Part shown: in pieces, positions 52,111 to 64,000 of the stretch
Layout: each line of letters begins with the position of its first letter
Position numbering within the stretch: the stretch's first letter is position 1
Assembly: GCF_004010195.1 (NCBI RefSeq)
Contig: NC_057724.1
Coordinates: 19,989,506-20,053,505, forward strand
Source: Chiloscyllium plagiosum
Lineage: Eukaryota
Length of the DNA: 64,000 nt
Direction: 5' to 3'
Position numbers and translations under genes: made by a program
The notes under the pieces: generated by a model
The model's input: only the letters and a program-made list of their open reading frames with translations
The model's database searches: none
Told to the model about the DNA's origin: nothing

Positions 52111-52929
52111 TTTTCTATAATATCCGGCTTTATATTTTCCCAATTAGTATCAGCTTCTCTTAATCACAATGAGAGCATGCAACAATACTCAATTAACCAT
52201 GTTAGCAACAGAGGCAATGTGTTAGTGGTAGCATCTGGACATTTTGTTAAACATTGCTTTGCGGCTCTGGGTGATTGCATGTCAGGGAATGCCCTTCCTT
52301 AAGGAATCTAAACAAAGGCTTTAATCCAAAGAAATAAGACAAGATCTGAAGACCGACTCTGATTTGTATTCAGATTTTGAATTGGAATTTTTACGATGTG
52401 GGACCTCTCAAGGCACAATTTTGACCAGATTCTCTTTTATACTCCTGTTACTTTAAAAGACAATGATGTTAATAACGAGGCACCAAATTTACGACAAAAC
52501 AAGTCATAAATATTCTAAATTGTTCTAAAATGTAACATCATCATTTTATAACAAATTCACTTTCATCATTTGATCCTTGACGTACTGTGGGAAGTGATAC
52601 GTTGAGTTTGTGGAGTGTGGTAGCGCACACACATGACAATTCACTTTGAATGGTGTTCTTGTTTAGGTTGTCAACTTTCTACTTGCAACTGAGTGGAATA
52701 TACTTGAATGGGTTTGTCTTTATTATCAAATAGCAAAGTGACTTTGCTGACAAAGACTAATTATCGATCCTTCAGTTAACATGATCAGTTGTAGGCGATG
52801 TAATTATTTATTCACTGTTATCATTCCTTAAAAAATGGTTCCTGGGCTGTCACAAGTATCAAGTGCTGGAAGCTTTTTGGAATAACCGAAGAGGAACTTG
52901 TTCGAATTTCCTCATGAGATTACAGCTCA

Positions 52930-53160
52930 GTAAAATATTGTGGAAACTTCTTATGCTCAACATAATTCCACTTTCATTACTTTTACTGATTTTCATAAAG
53001 CTTTCAATTCAGTGTCTCATACAGCCCTCCTGAGGAAGTTGGAAGCAAGAGAGTACTTTGCCATATCTTGGATTTTATCCAGGATGTGCAATTCTGCTCC
53101 AATACCCATGCAAGTGTTCATGTGAGATTTCCTGAAATTATTTCTCCTGAAATAGAAATG
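52930..53160 (+). mobile_element. Non-LTR RT relic (RTE-like)
   Basis: ORF 52940..53125 FITFTDFHKAFNSVSHTALLRKLE (D-x2-KAF-D/N-SV motif). Confidence 0.55.
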
Positions 53161-53759
53161 AAGTAAGACATGATTTATGCAGTCACCAAAAAGGAACTAG
53201 GTTCCAAATAGAAAGAATGAACAGGCTTTGTGAATGTCCATTTCAGACATGAATGAATGCACTCCTTTTTTGCAGGTGATATTATAATACATTGCTTGCA
53301 ATCCTCCTGGAATTATCATCTGTTGCAATGATGGATCAGAAACCCAAAGTATTTCTTGACATTTTTCACTTTTAGATTCAAAATGTGTTGTTTTTGAACA
53401 ACAGGACTGCTGTGGAAGAGTTGTGGATTTAAATTCAGTGACTGGCAAAGTTCTGTGTGAAGTCCATGGAATGTTGCACATGTAACGTATCAAGGAAACA
53501 TCAAACAGATTAAACTGTGATCTCTTGTGACTATAAAAATAACAAAGGGCTGGTGACTGCCTGCTCAGTAGCAATCTACTCTACAATTTGTGATTTTTCT
53601 TTCCTTTGAAGGTGACAAAGCAACAGTTTAATACTTTACTGGAGTGGACTAATATAACTGGGTACCAGTCTGTTTTCAAGCTTTAGTGTGTCATGACAGT
53701 CAAAATTGAAGAACTATTCCCTAGATTCCTGTGCTGCAAGTAAATGAAGATTCCCAAAC

Positions 53760-54251
53760 ACTCCGAGAGCCGCAAACTCTTCAAAATAAAAGGAGCCAGA
53801 ACAGAAGAACTTCAATTAATCAATAAAACCAAAAGTCTCAAGAAAACAATTGTTCAACTGTCACAATCAATGCTCCTTGTAATCTCCATTGCAACAGTTC
53901 CAATGTTCATCTATCCACTCTTCATGAACAATTTAGAAATGGATCCTTATGTACTTTTTTATTCATTTGTACTCAACTCTTATTTCTAATCTGCATTTAT
54001 ATGTGTTGCATTCTAATTTTTCTCAGGTTTGGTAATTAATAAACTGACTCTTTTTGTTAATTCAAAACAACCTGCTTAAATTGGCTCCCTTTTTAAATTA
54101 AGTACCTTTGGATCTGGGAGAAAAGTGTTAACAAGGGAAGTGACCCTTTCTAAGTTAACTGTGTTGAAACCAACCAAGTAGGTGGATAAATAAAGAAGGG
54201 GAGTGAGTTCATCCCTTTTTAACCCAGGAGCTTAAAATTTTGGGGTATCGC
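53760..54251 (+). mobile_element. Decayed LTR with possible tRNA-Pro-like PBS
   Basis: aataaactgactc, gaaggggagtgagttcatcccttttt...gagcttaaaa then tggggtatcgc; resemblance to shark LTR ends recalled from memory. Confidence 0.4.
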
Positions 54252-54899
54252 AAAAGGAAATAAAGTAAGATGCAGAATATCTGTTGGTATTTTGATATAA
54301 TGCTTCATAATTCTGAGAAAAAAGGCTAACCAGTGTGGGGCTTGACCCGATGTGCAGCTTTGATTTACTTAGAGTACCATAAAGGCGTTACCTGGAAAAC
54401 CCAAAAGGCATCTGTCTCAATGGTTAGTTTATATTAGAAGCAGGGCCAGAGAAGATCCCAGCTCTTCAATTAAAGATATCATTCTTCCTTGGTTTTCCTT
54501 GAATAGCAAATCCCCCATGCACATGCAGCTTGTGATGTATGAAAAAGTCACGTCTAAACCGTGTTCTTTCCCTCTAAATAGAGTCATTCTGGCCCATGTG
54601 CAAGATACTGTGCTAAACCATACTCTTTTTTAAAAAACGGATTCATTGGCAGAGAGGGAGACCTCTAGTCTATTGATTACACTTAATCTTATGATGGGCA
54701 GACTACTTTGTGAAGGGTTTTCTCATTGAGGTCTCGCTCTGCATTTGGTTACAATAAGATTGGTAAATCACATAGGACTGAGTTGTGGATATTGACACAG
54801 ATACAGATTGGATAACTTTTTAAGAACACTTCTACTCAGTCTTCAAACATGATCCCAAAGATTTATTTTCTTGATCTATCAATTCTCCATCTTGCTCCC

Positions 54900-56995
54900 A
54901 AACGGACATCTCCATCATCGGCCTGCTGCGGTGTGCCTAAGAAAATCAATGTAAGGTCGAGCAACAGCACGTCAACTTTTGACTTGGCACTCTATAGTCT
55001 ATGCCCAAGCAACTTATAAAAAACATTGTCACCATTGAGATGTTGTTAACATTTGAACTTCTACCCCTTGTTTGTGACATATTCTCTCTTTTGTGTCCTG
55101 GAAGTGGATCAGCACAGTCCTGGCAGGCAAGAAATTGGATCTGCAAAATATCATCTCTTCCTCCTCCTCCTCTGAAGAGGAAAGCAAAGATGTCTCAGTG
55201 GATGCACCAGCAAGGCTTCCTCCTACATCCCTCAGCAGCTCAAAACTGACCCCTCAATGGGTATTTTAGCTGAATTAGGTTGGGAGCACACGCTGATGAT
55301 CACCTCACTGACACCGCTCGCCAGGTAGCCAAGGAAGAAATGGTTCCAGGTAACTCCTCTACCACATGCCAACATTGGTACAAGTTGGTTTTGGACAGCC
55401 AGATTCAGTACATTCAGTGTCTGCTGGATGTATGCTCAGTCCTGTATGCCATTACTCCAGCCATTAGTGTTTAGCACCAGCAGAGAGGCAACAGGGGGAT
55501 GAGGAACCTTGATCTCACTTCAGGGTCCTCTTCATCACAATGAGGACACATAGTGCTTGTAGCCATCCAGGTGAAGGAGGGATTGCATTCAGACCAACCA
55601 GAAATTTTCTCTTACCACACCCAAGTGGCAGCTAACTCTGCAACCATCTCCTTGCGTACCAGCCTCAGTCTGCAGCAGTTCAAACAGAAAAAGATGGCCC
55701 TGCCTCTGGGCAGGACACACTCAACATATCTGGGCCTTCTGGACATAAATAGACTCAGGGTCACTTGACCAAGGGTCCACTGTAGGGCAGGCTTCCTTCA
55801 CACCAGCCGCAGAACCTGGGACAGCATTATGGGAGGGAAAGAAGAGGGCACAATACACTTCATTGTCAATACAGTCTCACATTTGGAAACATACATTCAC
55901 TTTTTCATAATCAGCTGTGTGGGCAATATCTGTCGCACTGTAACTACAAAATTGAAGATACAAAGCTGAGCAACCTTCATGCTATACGATGTTTTATGGT
56001 CCTTGATATGGGAAGTGAGCAGCTCCTGCACCGTGTGCATCCTTTGGGAACTTGGAAGGCCCTTGCTGTTTTGGCCACAATTGTGAATCTTTCTAGGCTG
56101 CAAAACATTGTTTGTGCTTCACGACCATTAATGGCATTGATTCCTGATGCTCATTGACGTGGTCAAGAGTGCTCCGGACCTGGATTTGGACTCACAACAG
56201 TAAATTAGATTCTGAAGATCAAATCCAGCCTGCAGTGCTGACAGGTGTCTTTCACCCTGCTGCCTGTGGAGTACAGTTGTCCTCAGAAGGATCTCACATT
56301 GCTCACAGGTGAAACCCTGTCCCTCACAGAATAAAGCACTTATCCCGCCCATTTCAGGTGTGGTCGCAGCCATTTTCATTTCTATCCTGCACTTGTTATT
56401 TATCACACAATGTAAGGTAATAGTGGTCGTTCCCCATGCAGTAAGTCTCCAGCCTCAAATGTACACATTCTCTTCTTGGTAATCTTAGGATGTCCCTCTG
56501 TGTGCAGTGTCCTGACAGCAGCATTACAATGAAAGGTGGTGATCCACTCCAAAGTGCAGCATTGTACTGAAGAAGGATACTGTAACTGGGCCAGAGATGT
56601 GCAAGGATGGTTCTGCGAACTTGGTACACATTGGACATGGTTGGGGGATGCGTGTGTATGACCACCGACTGTGAAATGTGCCCCAAGACATTGGTACTTG
56701 GTTCCAGGATGAAGGACGGGCAGAGTAAGCCAGGTATCTCCTCTGCTTTTCAAATGTCACTGTCTAGTTTCTATCTGGTGGGTTAATGAGATGACATTAG
56801 GTAATAATTAGCTCATGAATGGTAATGTTTGCAAATAGATCTCTTGCTGTTCATCAGCAAGAGTCTCATCTTGCTGTTTAATATTGGTTGGAAGATTGGA
56901 CTTTTTAATCTTGATGTTGAGACTATCCTCCCTGGCATTCTCATGCAATTTTCCCAAACTTGTTGCCTTAGCTGGAGCTGGGAAGATATCACCCA
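54900..56995. mobile_element. Harbinger-like DNA transposon relic
   Basis: Minus ORF 56403..56753 GDTWLTLPVLHPGT...LAQLQYPSSVQCCTL resembles the HARBI1-type transposase C-terminus (GD-x-GYP-x3-WL-x-TP...LQY...CC-x-LHN); extent uncertain. Confidence 0.45.
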
Positions 56996-57098
56996 TTAAC
57001 CTTTTTCTCTCCATTGAAGTTTCCAGGCCTGCTGGGTTTTCTAGCATTTTCTGCATTAGGGTTCAGATTTCCACCATCCATTCTGTATTGCTTTTGTT
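56995..57098 (+). mobile_element. Penelope-like pLTR fragment
   Basis: ctctccattgaagtttccaggcctgctgggttttctagcattttctg...ttcagatttccaccatc. Confidence 0.6.
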
Positions 57099-57244
57099 GT
57101 AAGATACAATCATATCCTGCTTTCCCATTAGAATCAAAGCAGAAATTCATCAATTCTTTCTGAATTCTCTTAAGGGGACGTTGTTAAATAGTTGAGATAT
57201 TGACATTCATCAACGTTTTCCCTGTCAAACGACATGAAAAATTT

Positions 57245-58200
57245 CTTCTTCTTCATGTTCTTTGTCATTGCCAGTCCCTTAGGGTTGACAATGATTTGGT
57301 TCCACCCTGGTCTGATGTCTGATCAATCCAAAATGTGATCTGCAGGCCCTGATGCATGTGCTTGAAGGCTAAGGCAGATGAACTTTTGGACATTGGTGCA
57401 ATCCCTCGGGCACTTTGAGGTCACTCTGTGTGCTTTCCACAAAGTCTCTCAAGTTTGGAACAGTTCAGCAGGTCTGGCAGCATCTGTGAAGAGAAATCAT
57501 AGTTAACATTCCGATTCTGGTCATCCTTCCTCAGAACCATTAATTCTGATTTATCAACACAGATGCTGCTAGACCTGAGCTTTTCCAGCAACTTCTGGTT
57601 TTGTTTCTGATTTACAGCATTCATAGTTCTTTCCGTTTTTATATAGTCAAACATATGAACATCATTTCTGTCTTGGAGCTGCCTTCAATGTCAGGCATTT
57701 CAGCTTTGAGAAGGCATTGCTATCTTAATCCAACAAATAGTTAAGCATGCAATTTGTGTTAATTGATTATATTTATCTTGCCAAAGAGGAAATGGTGTAT
57801 GGAAGGAACTGTAAGACTGAATAGTTCATAAGCTATCCACAAACAAAGTGGCTTGAATTCAAATTGATGTTCTATTGGACTGCTTTTCTTGCCACTAGAG
57901 TGGAACAGTCTGGTGAAAACCACTGCTGGCGGTATTTCTCCAGTATTTTGAGATGTTGTAGGTTGTCCAAATCTCCAAAGCATATAGGATTGCAGGGATC
58001 ATTTTTGTCCAATAAGCCATGATATTAGTTTTGATTTTGAGACTGTGCCTCTCAATATTCTCACCCCCAGTTGGTGTGAATGGTTGAGCTGACACATTGG
58101 CAGTGATGGTGAATTTCATCATCTATGTTTGTCTTTATCAAGGGAAGGTTACCAAGATGTTGAAAAAGGCTCTGTTCTCTTATTTTTGAGCTTAATTGAT
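57245..58200 (-). mobile_element. RTE-clade LINE relic
   Basis: ORF 57895..58122 KTNIMAYWTKMIPAILYALEIWTTY (RTE C-terminal LLYG-x-E-x-WT motif); (ttc)n tail and ccagtcccttagggttgacaatga at 57243-57295. Confidence 0.6.
57455..57642. mobile_element. Inverted pair of Penelope-like pLTR fragments
   Basis: tcagcaggtctggcagcatctgtg ... cacagatgctgctagacctgagc face each other around ~57500-57550. Confidence 0.8.
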
Positions 58201-58604
58201 GGGGAGGATGGTATGTAAAAAGGTTACATTTTAATTGCAGTGTCTGGCCTGCTGTCTATTATTCAAAGGACCATATTTTGTTTGAGTGACACACTATGCT
58301 TATTTGTCGTTGTTTAATGGAAGCAATTAGTAGAAATTTTCCACCTTTGTCTTGAAGAAGGAAAGTGTTTTCTATCACAATGTGAAATTCAAACTTCGAA
58401 AGCATTCCCTGTTCGGACACTCATTGCTTTATGCAATAACAGTTAGATAATAACAACATACATAAAATTGTTACACTAATTTGAAATATGAAATAAATAG
58501 AAACAATCACAAACAGCTTATTGTGTTTTCAAATATCATCTCCTCTATTATGACTATAAGGAATTGAATTGACCTAAACATCAACCTATTTCACACATGC
58601 TCAA

Positions 58605-59187
58605 ATTAGTTTAACAATGACAGCCTCTGCCTATTGTGTCAGATTTTCCCATATCTAAGTGAAAGCTGCATCAGCATTAATAATACATATTTTGTGATAT
58701 GTACGTCCACAGTCCCTTACATTAAGCATTCCCATTCCTTTAACAAGCATTTATCAGCCTACCTCAGTACTATTGCAATGATTTTTAATGGGAACTGAGT
58801 GTGGACTAAGAAAGCATTTCTCTCAAGAAGTCAATGCTGGTTTGTCCCCAGGGTAACCATTTAATACTTGTTTTACAGTATTTTCAGTAATTGTGTCAAG
58901 GTTAGCTCTTCAGAGGCCTATACATTTTGATTGTATGTTGCAATGCTGGTAAGTAATGCATACTCTTTTATGCTGTCAAGTCATAGTGAATTCGTAAATT
59001 GACATATAGTTAAATAAAACTTTTAAAACTGACAGATGATATCGAATATTCTACGCTCCAGGAAGGATAGAGGTAATTGTGAAAACAACTTAATGGCACC
59101 CAAAGTGACTTGGAAGATGTTGGATTCATTTATAAATTCGGAAACTTGGTGCAATTTGGGCAATCGTGGATTTTAGACACCACTCAT
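58605..59187 (+). repeat. Donor arm of a ~580-bp inverted duplication
   Basis: Reverse complement of 59565-59610 plus 59926-60461, about 16 substitutions by eye. Confidence 0.97.
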
Positions 59188-59564
59188 TTTTCACAGGATT
59201 TTTGCTCTTTTGTAATATCTTGCTCTGTGAACATGGATCATTGGTTATTGCTCTCCTGCCATCACAACCAACAGAAATTGGTATTGTGGCTGCTACCTGG
59301 TTTCTAGTATGGAACTAGAAAAAAACTGTAAAGAATATTGTAGAATTTTGAAAGCGACGTAAGAATTAATGCATGTGTTTAATTTTGTCAGGCATTCATG
59401 ATCTGTTTTCTGAGCATTTATCACTGTGTATTGCATTACATTTAATGTCATTTAGTAGACCTTAAATCTGATCATACAGGATCAGGAATGTAGAATATAG
59501 AACGAAGAACAGTACAGAACAGGAACAGCACCTTCGGCCCACCATGTTTGGGCCAACCTAATTT

Positions 59565-60461
59565 ATGAGTGGTGTCTAAAATCCACGATTGCCCAAATTG
59601 CACCAAGTTTTTTTTAGATTAGGTTAGATTACAGTGTGGAAACAGGCCCTTCGGCCCAACAAGTTCACACCGACCCGCCGAAGCGCAACCCACCCATACC
59701 CCTACATTTACCCCTTACCGAACACTACGGGCAATTTAGCTTCGTCAATTCACCTGACCCTGCACATCTTTGGACTGTGGGAGGAAACCGGAGCACCCGG
59801 AAGAAACCCACGCAGACACGGGGAGAACGTGCAAACTCCACACAGTCGCCTGAGGCGGGAATTGAACCCGGGTCTCTGGCGCTGTGAGGCAGCAGTGCTA
59901 ACCACTGTGCCACCGTGCCGCCCACCAAATTTATAAATGAACCCAACATCTTCCAAGTCACTTTGAGTGCCATTAAGTTGTTTTCACAATTACCTCTATC
60001 CTTCCTGGAACGTAGAATATTCGATATCATCTGTCAGTTTTAAAAAATTTATTTAACTATATGTCAATTCACAAATTCACTATGACTTGACAGCATAAAA
60101 GAGTATGCATTACTTACCAGTATTGCAACATACAATCAAAATGTATCGGCCTCTGAAGAGCTAATCTTGACACAATTACTGAAAATACTGTAAAACAAGT
60201 ATTAAATGGTTACCCTGGGGACAAACCAGCATTGACTTCTTGAGAGAAATGCTTTCTTATTCCACATTCAGTTCCCATTAAAAATCATTGCAATGGTACT
60301 GAGGTAGGCTGATAATTGCTTGTTAAAGGAATGGGAATGCTTAATGTAAGGGATTGTGGACGTACATATCACAAAATATGTATTATTAATGCTGATGCAG
60401 CTTTCACTTAGATATGGGAAAATCTGACACAATAGGCAGAGGCTGTCCTTGTTAAACTAAT
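59565..60461 (-). repeat. Inverted copy of 58605-59187, interrupted by an HE1 SINE
   Basis: Direct comparison of both arms. Confidence 0.97.
59613..59925 (-). mobile_element. HE1-type SINE, young
   Basis: CpG-rich, intact head gggcggcacggtggcacagtggttagc (minus strand); absent from the donor arm. Confidence 0.96.
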
Positions 60462-63400
60462 CCAATCTGCCTGCACTTTGTTCGTATTCCTCCATTCCCT
60501 GCCAGCTCATGTGTCTGTGTAAATGCCTCTCAAATGTTACTGCTATACCTGCTTCTACCAGCTGCCCTGGCAGTGTGTTCCACCTAATACCCTTTGTTAA
60601 AAAAAAACTTGCCTCATACATGTCCTTTAAACTTTTCCACATTCACTTATACCTATGCTCATGTGCGAAAAACACTCTGACTATCCACCCTATCCATGTT
60701 TTTCATAATTTTATACACTTCTAACAGGTCGTCTCTCAGCCTCTGACATGAGTGAAAACAATCTAATTTTATCCTATCTCTCCTTACAGCTAATACACAT
60801 CAAATTAATCAACATCCTTGTAAACCTCTTTGCACACTCTCTAAACCCACCACATCCTTGCTATAGTTTGGCAAACAGAACTGCACCCAATGCTCCAAAT
60901 ATATTCAAAGAAATTCACCTGATTTCAAATTGAAGTTTGTGTTATATACATGTGTGTATTATACATTATACACTATAAATAATAGACTATATCTCATACT
61001 TCAGGATACTTCTTATTTTGGAAGTTACGTTTAAAGGTTGACATTTATCATAGCTCTAACTAGGCTTACACAGACTCGCAACCAAAGGCTGCACAATAAT
61101 TAATACAACAGAAAGTGATCCTGGGGATTGTACAATCCAGAAAGATAGTTGCACATCTCCCCCTGCTGCTGAAATATTGTACTATTTCATATTTTTAAAA
61201 GTCCATAGTTTGTACTTACAGTTAAAATTAGATAAATGTACGAGCAGGAAAATGATTCAGAAAGCATTTACCTGACTGTGATGGGTCAAGCATGGGATCA
61301 GGTCATTTCACTTATGATGGGGTGAGTGAGTCATTTATAAAATTTATTGCAAATGTTCTCACATCATTTCCATTAATGACTGTGGATGGAAGTTAAACAA
61401 TGGAGCTTTAGTCCCCGGTCTGCTCATTGCTTCCACACAGCAGACAGTTTGACTTCCCAATATGGATGCAATAAATTCACACATTAACCTGCTCCCTAAA
61501 CCTATCCCTGATTCCTGGGATATGCTTTCCCTGTGAGCATGTAAGTGCCTTTTTGCTAGTTTTCAGTGGCACCACCTCTGCTGGCTTTCCACAGTGTCAT
61601 TTCTTCTGGCTTCTCCTGGAATAATGTGGAAAATGAAGTGTATAGTGGTGGTGTTAGGGGGTGCAGCCGACTGATATTGTACCTTAAAAAGCAAATACTC
61701 TTCTAATGTATCTAAAAAAAATTAAAATCAACTTCATATTGATGAAGTCTGAGGTTTGCTATATGCAAGCACATGTAATATATATATCACAAGGAATAAA
61801 ATTTTTATTGAGTCACATATCTCGAAGTTTATTTCAACACTTATTAGTTACAGTCCTACTATATCACAGATTTACACACGTAGTCTGGGTTCTGTGACGA
61901 TTGGCTTTATTGTACATTACATACACAACTGATTAAAGACACTATACAGACTCCATCTCACACACACACTCACTCTCTGTCTCCCTCTTTTACACACACA
62001 CACGTACATACCCAACTGTGATGTATTATGATGTCACATGATTTTCTTAAAGGCACAGGCTTGTCTGATCTGGAATCTGAGGCATAATACAACACTGTTG
62101 GCATTGCCATCCCACTTCCTACTCAGCACTGGGATAATTCCTTGCTTCCATGGTAACATCAGGGGTTTGAAGATGCTCTTTCTAGTGATTGGAACCAGGT
62201 TAACCTCATTGACTATGAGATCATTTGTTGAGGTTGTAACCTGGGCCAATCAGGATATCCCAATATAACCAAGAGATTATTAAAAAATAACCAGGAGATT
62301 TGAATCTCCTCAGTTCAGGAGATTGATTCCGAGTTGGCTGGCCATAGCCAGTGTACTGTGCACAGGTAGATAAAGGGTGACTTGGTGCTGGGATAACTCT
62401 GTGCAATTATTTCACTCTTAACTCCTCTGCCTATTCCTTTGCCCTCCCCAGCATTACATTCTGCATGCAGACCTCTGGGCTTCTGATGTGCTACAGGACC
62501 ACCCTACTCCCAGCATGACTGTAAGTAAAATCTCCCAACTTCCAGAGAGCATGTGAATAACTTGAACTAAGTAAAAGCCATGCGTAATGGAAAGGAAGAA
62601 ATGCTGGAACAATTTCAGGGGCTGAGAAAGACTAAAATCAAAGCAAGTCGATACCAAACAATTTGGCTCACCCTTGCTCCATTAAACCATCTCTACCTTA
62701 TGCTGTACAGATAAGTGAGTGTGTGACTGTACTTTTTCTCACCAAACATTTTCCTTTCCTTTAATTGTACTGTATCTTCTAGTTTCAACACTGCTAAAGC
62801 ACCAACTTGGTTTCTCTTTGTAGATACTGTGTGAATTGCTGAGTGTTTCCAGCATTTTCTGTTCCTTTCCATCAAATTGGAATTGTGCACATCAGAATGA
62901 ATTCTGAATCCTGAAAACTTACAAAATGAAAGTGACATTGGGAATAGTATTTTTGAAAAATCAAGAAAAGTGACAGATATATCTTAATAGCATATGTGCA
63001 CTATGTCAACTCCATGACATTAATAGTTTAGTTACAAAAACTGACATTTAAACCAATGTGTGCAATGACACCTTGAGTACTCTAGTCCAGGCAAAGCAGC
63101 AGATGAAAAGCCCATTGAAACTCAATTATGAAAAGGTTGTTTCAGTTGCAGTTTCAGATTGAAGCATTTCTGGTAAGCTGCTCCTTAAAGGTCTGTTTCA
63201 TAAATTGTGTCACCAATAATGCAACAGTCCTGATAATCAAATAATTTTCCCTTCAGCATTTGGTGATTGCCTTCTATCAGCTCATGATGCATTCTTTGTT
63301 ATGTCTCACAACTAGTATGTAACACATCTATCAAAGGACATGCACAATATCATCACCGTATCATGGCAGTATAGTATCCTGATGGTATAAAGGTTTCAGT

Positions 63401-63538
63401 CTCCATCTTGCCGAGCCCTCTCGCAGCTTGACAAGCTGAGAGAGTTGTGTTTCAGTTTACAAATTGCTCAGTACTCGCTCAAAAATACAAGTGATTCGAA
63501 TATACATAGATATCAGGATCCAGAATAAAAGTCAATTA

Positions 63539-63681
63539 CAGTACAACTTCGATTATCCGAATTTCGGATTATCTGAACAAGACCTCAAGGTCCCCATGCT
63601 TCGGTGAAATGTTATCCGAACATTCGATTATCCAGACAAAATACTCCCCACCCATGTTGCTCAGATAATAGAGGTTGCCCT
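63539..63681. mobile_element. Pogo/Tigger-like MITE
   Basis: TA then cagtacaacttcgattatccgaa ... ctcagataatagaggttgccct imperfect TIRs; internal ttatccga repeats. Confidence 0.75.
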
Positions 63682-64000
63682 CCAAATCCTTTAGTTACTG
63701 CATTACCAATATCTTTTTTAAATTATTGGGGCACAAATAAATATCACCTCATCTGGTACAAATACCTTGCTAAAGTTTCAAAAGAAAACCCAGAACCAAT
63801 ACACCAACTCAAAAGATTATGGAACATTAAGTGCAAATAGCTACTAATATTTCTTCAATATTTTGTGGCAGTTTAAAAAGTATCATGCTAGAAACAGGTC
63901 CAATCTACAAAACTGGCCACACTGCAGTAACTAATTAATTACAACTGGGAGTTCATGCTTGTTGCTTTCCTTTGCAGCTTTTGAGGGGACAATTAAAATT

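Larger units (their letters stand above)
59490..60905 (-). mobile_element. CR1 3' end split into 59490-59564 and 60452-60905 by the inverted duplicate
   Basis: tagaatatagaacgaagaacagtacag...ccttcggcccaccatg tail, resuming taaactaatccaatctgcctgcac...aaatgcctctcaaatg; ORF 60457..60642 WNTLPGQLVEAGIAVTFERHLHRHM. Confidence 0.88.

Noticed and set aside
60940-62038. Two possible short solo LTRs (60940-61110, 61893-62038) with TG..CA ends
   Set aside because: No target-site duplications or PBS; not supportable without a library search

Overview
Repeat-dense, AT-rich eukaryotic DNA with one 765-N assembly gap (16707-17471). The repeat inventory (HE1-type SINEs with TAGAT/TCTATGA tails, HER1/CR1 LINEs, Deu-domain SINEs, Penelope-like elements) points to a cartilaginous fish, most likely a shark; this is inference from families recalled from memory, with no database search. 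No host protein-coding gene, RNA gene or CRISPR array could be identified; the ORFs I can assign are decayed transposon frames, and the window reads as intronic or intergenic. Three themes stand out. (1) At least ten Penelope-like pseudo-LTRs, several still carrying a minimal hammerhead-ribozyme core (one with an intact core at 17524-17551), occur as solo, inverted and palindromic units; one element has a twin-priming-like 5' inversion. (2) Four independent local template-switch scars: a ~580-bp inverted copy, a perfect 100-bp inverted copy, an 85-bp direct copy and a ~20-bp micro-inversion, each landing in an older repeat so that the ancestral state can be read. (3) A decayed copia-order (GalEa-like) LTR element split by a near full-length CR1. 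Boundaries of old elements are approximate and mismatch counts were made by eye.
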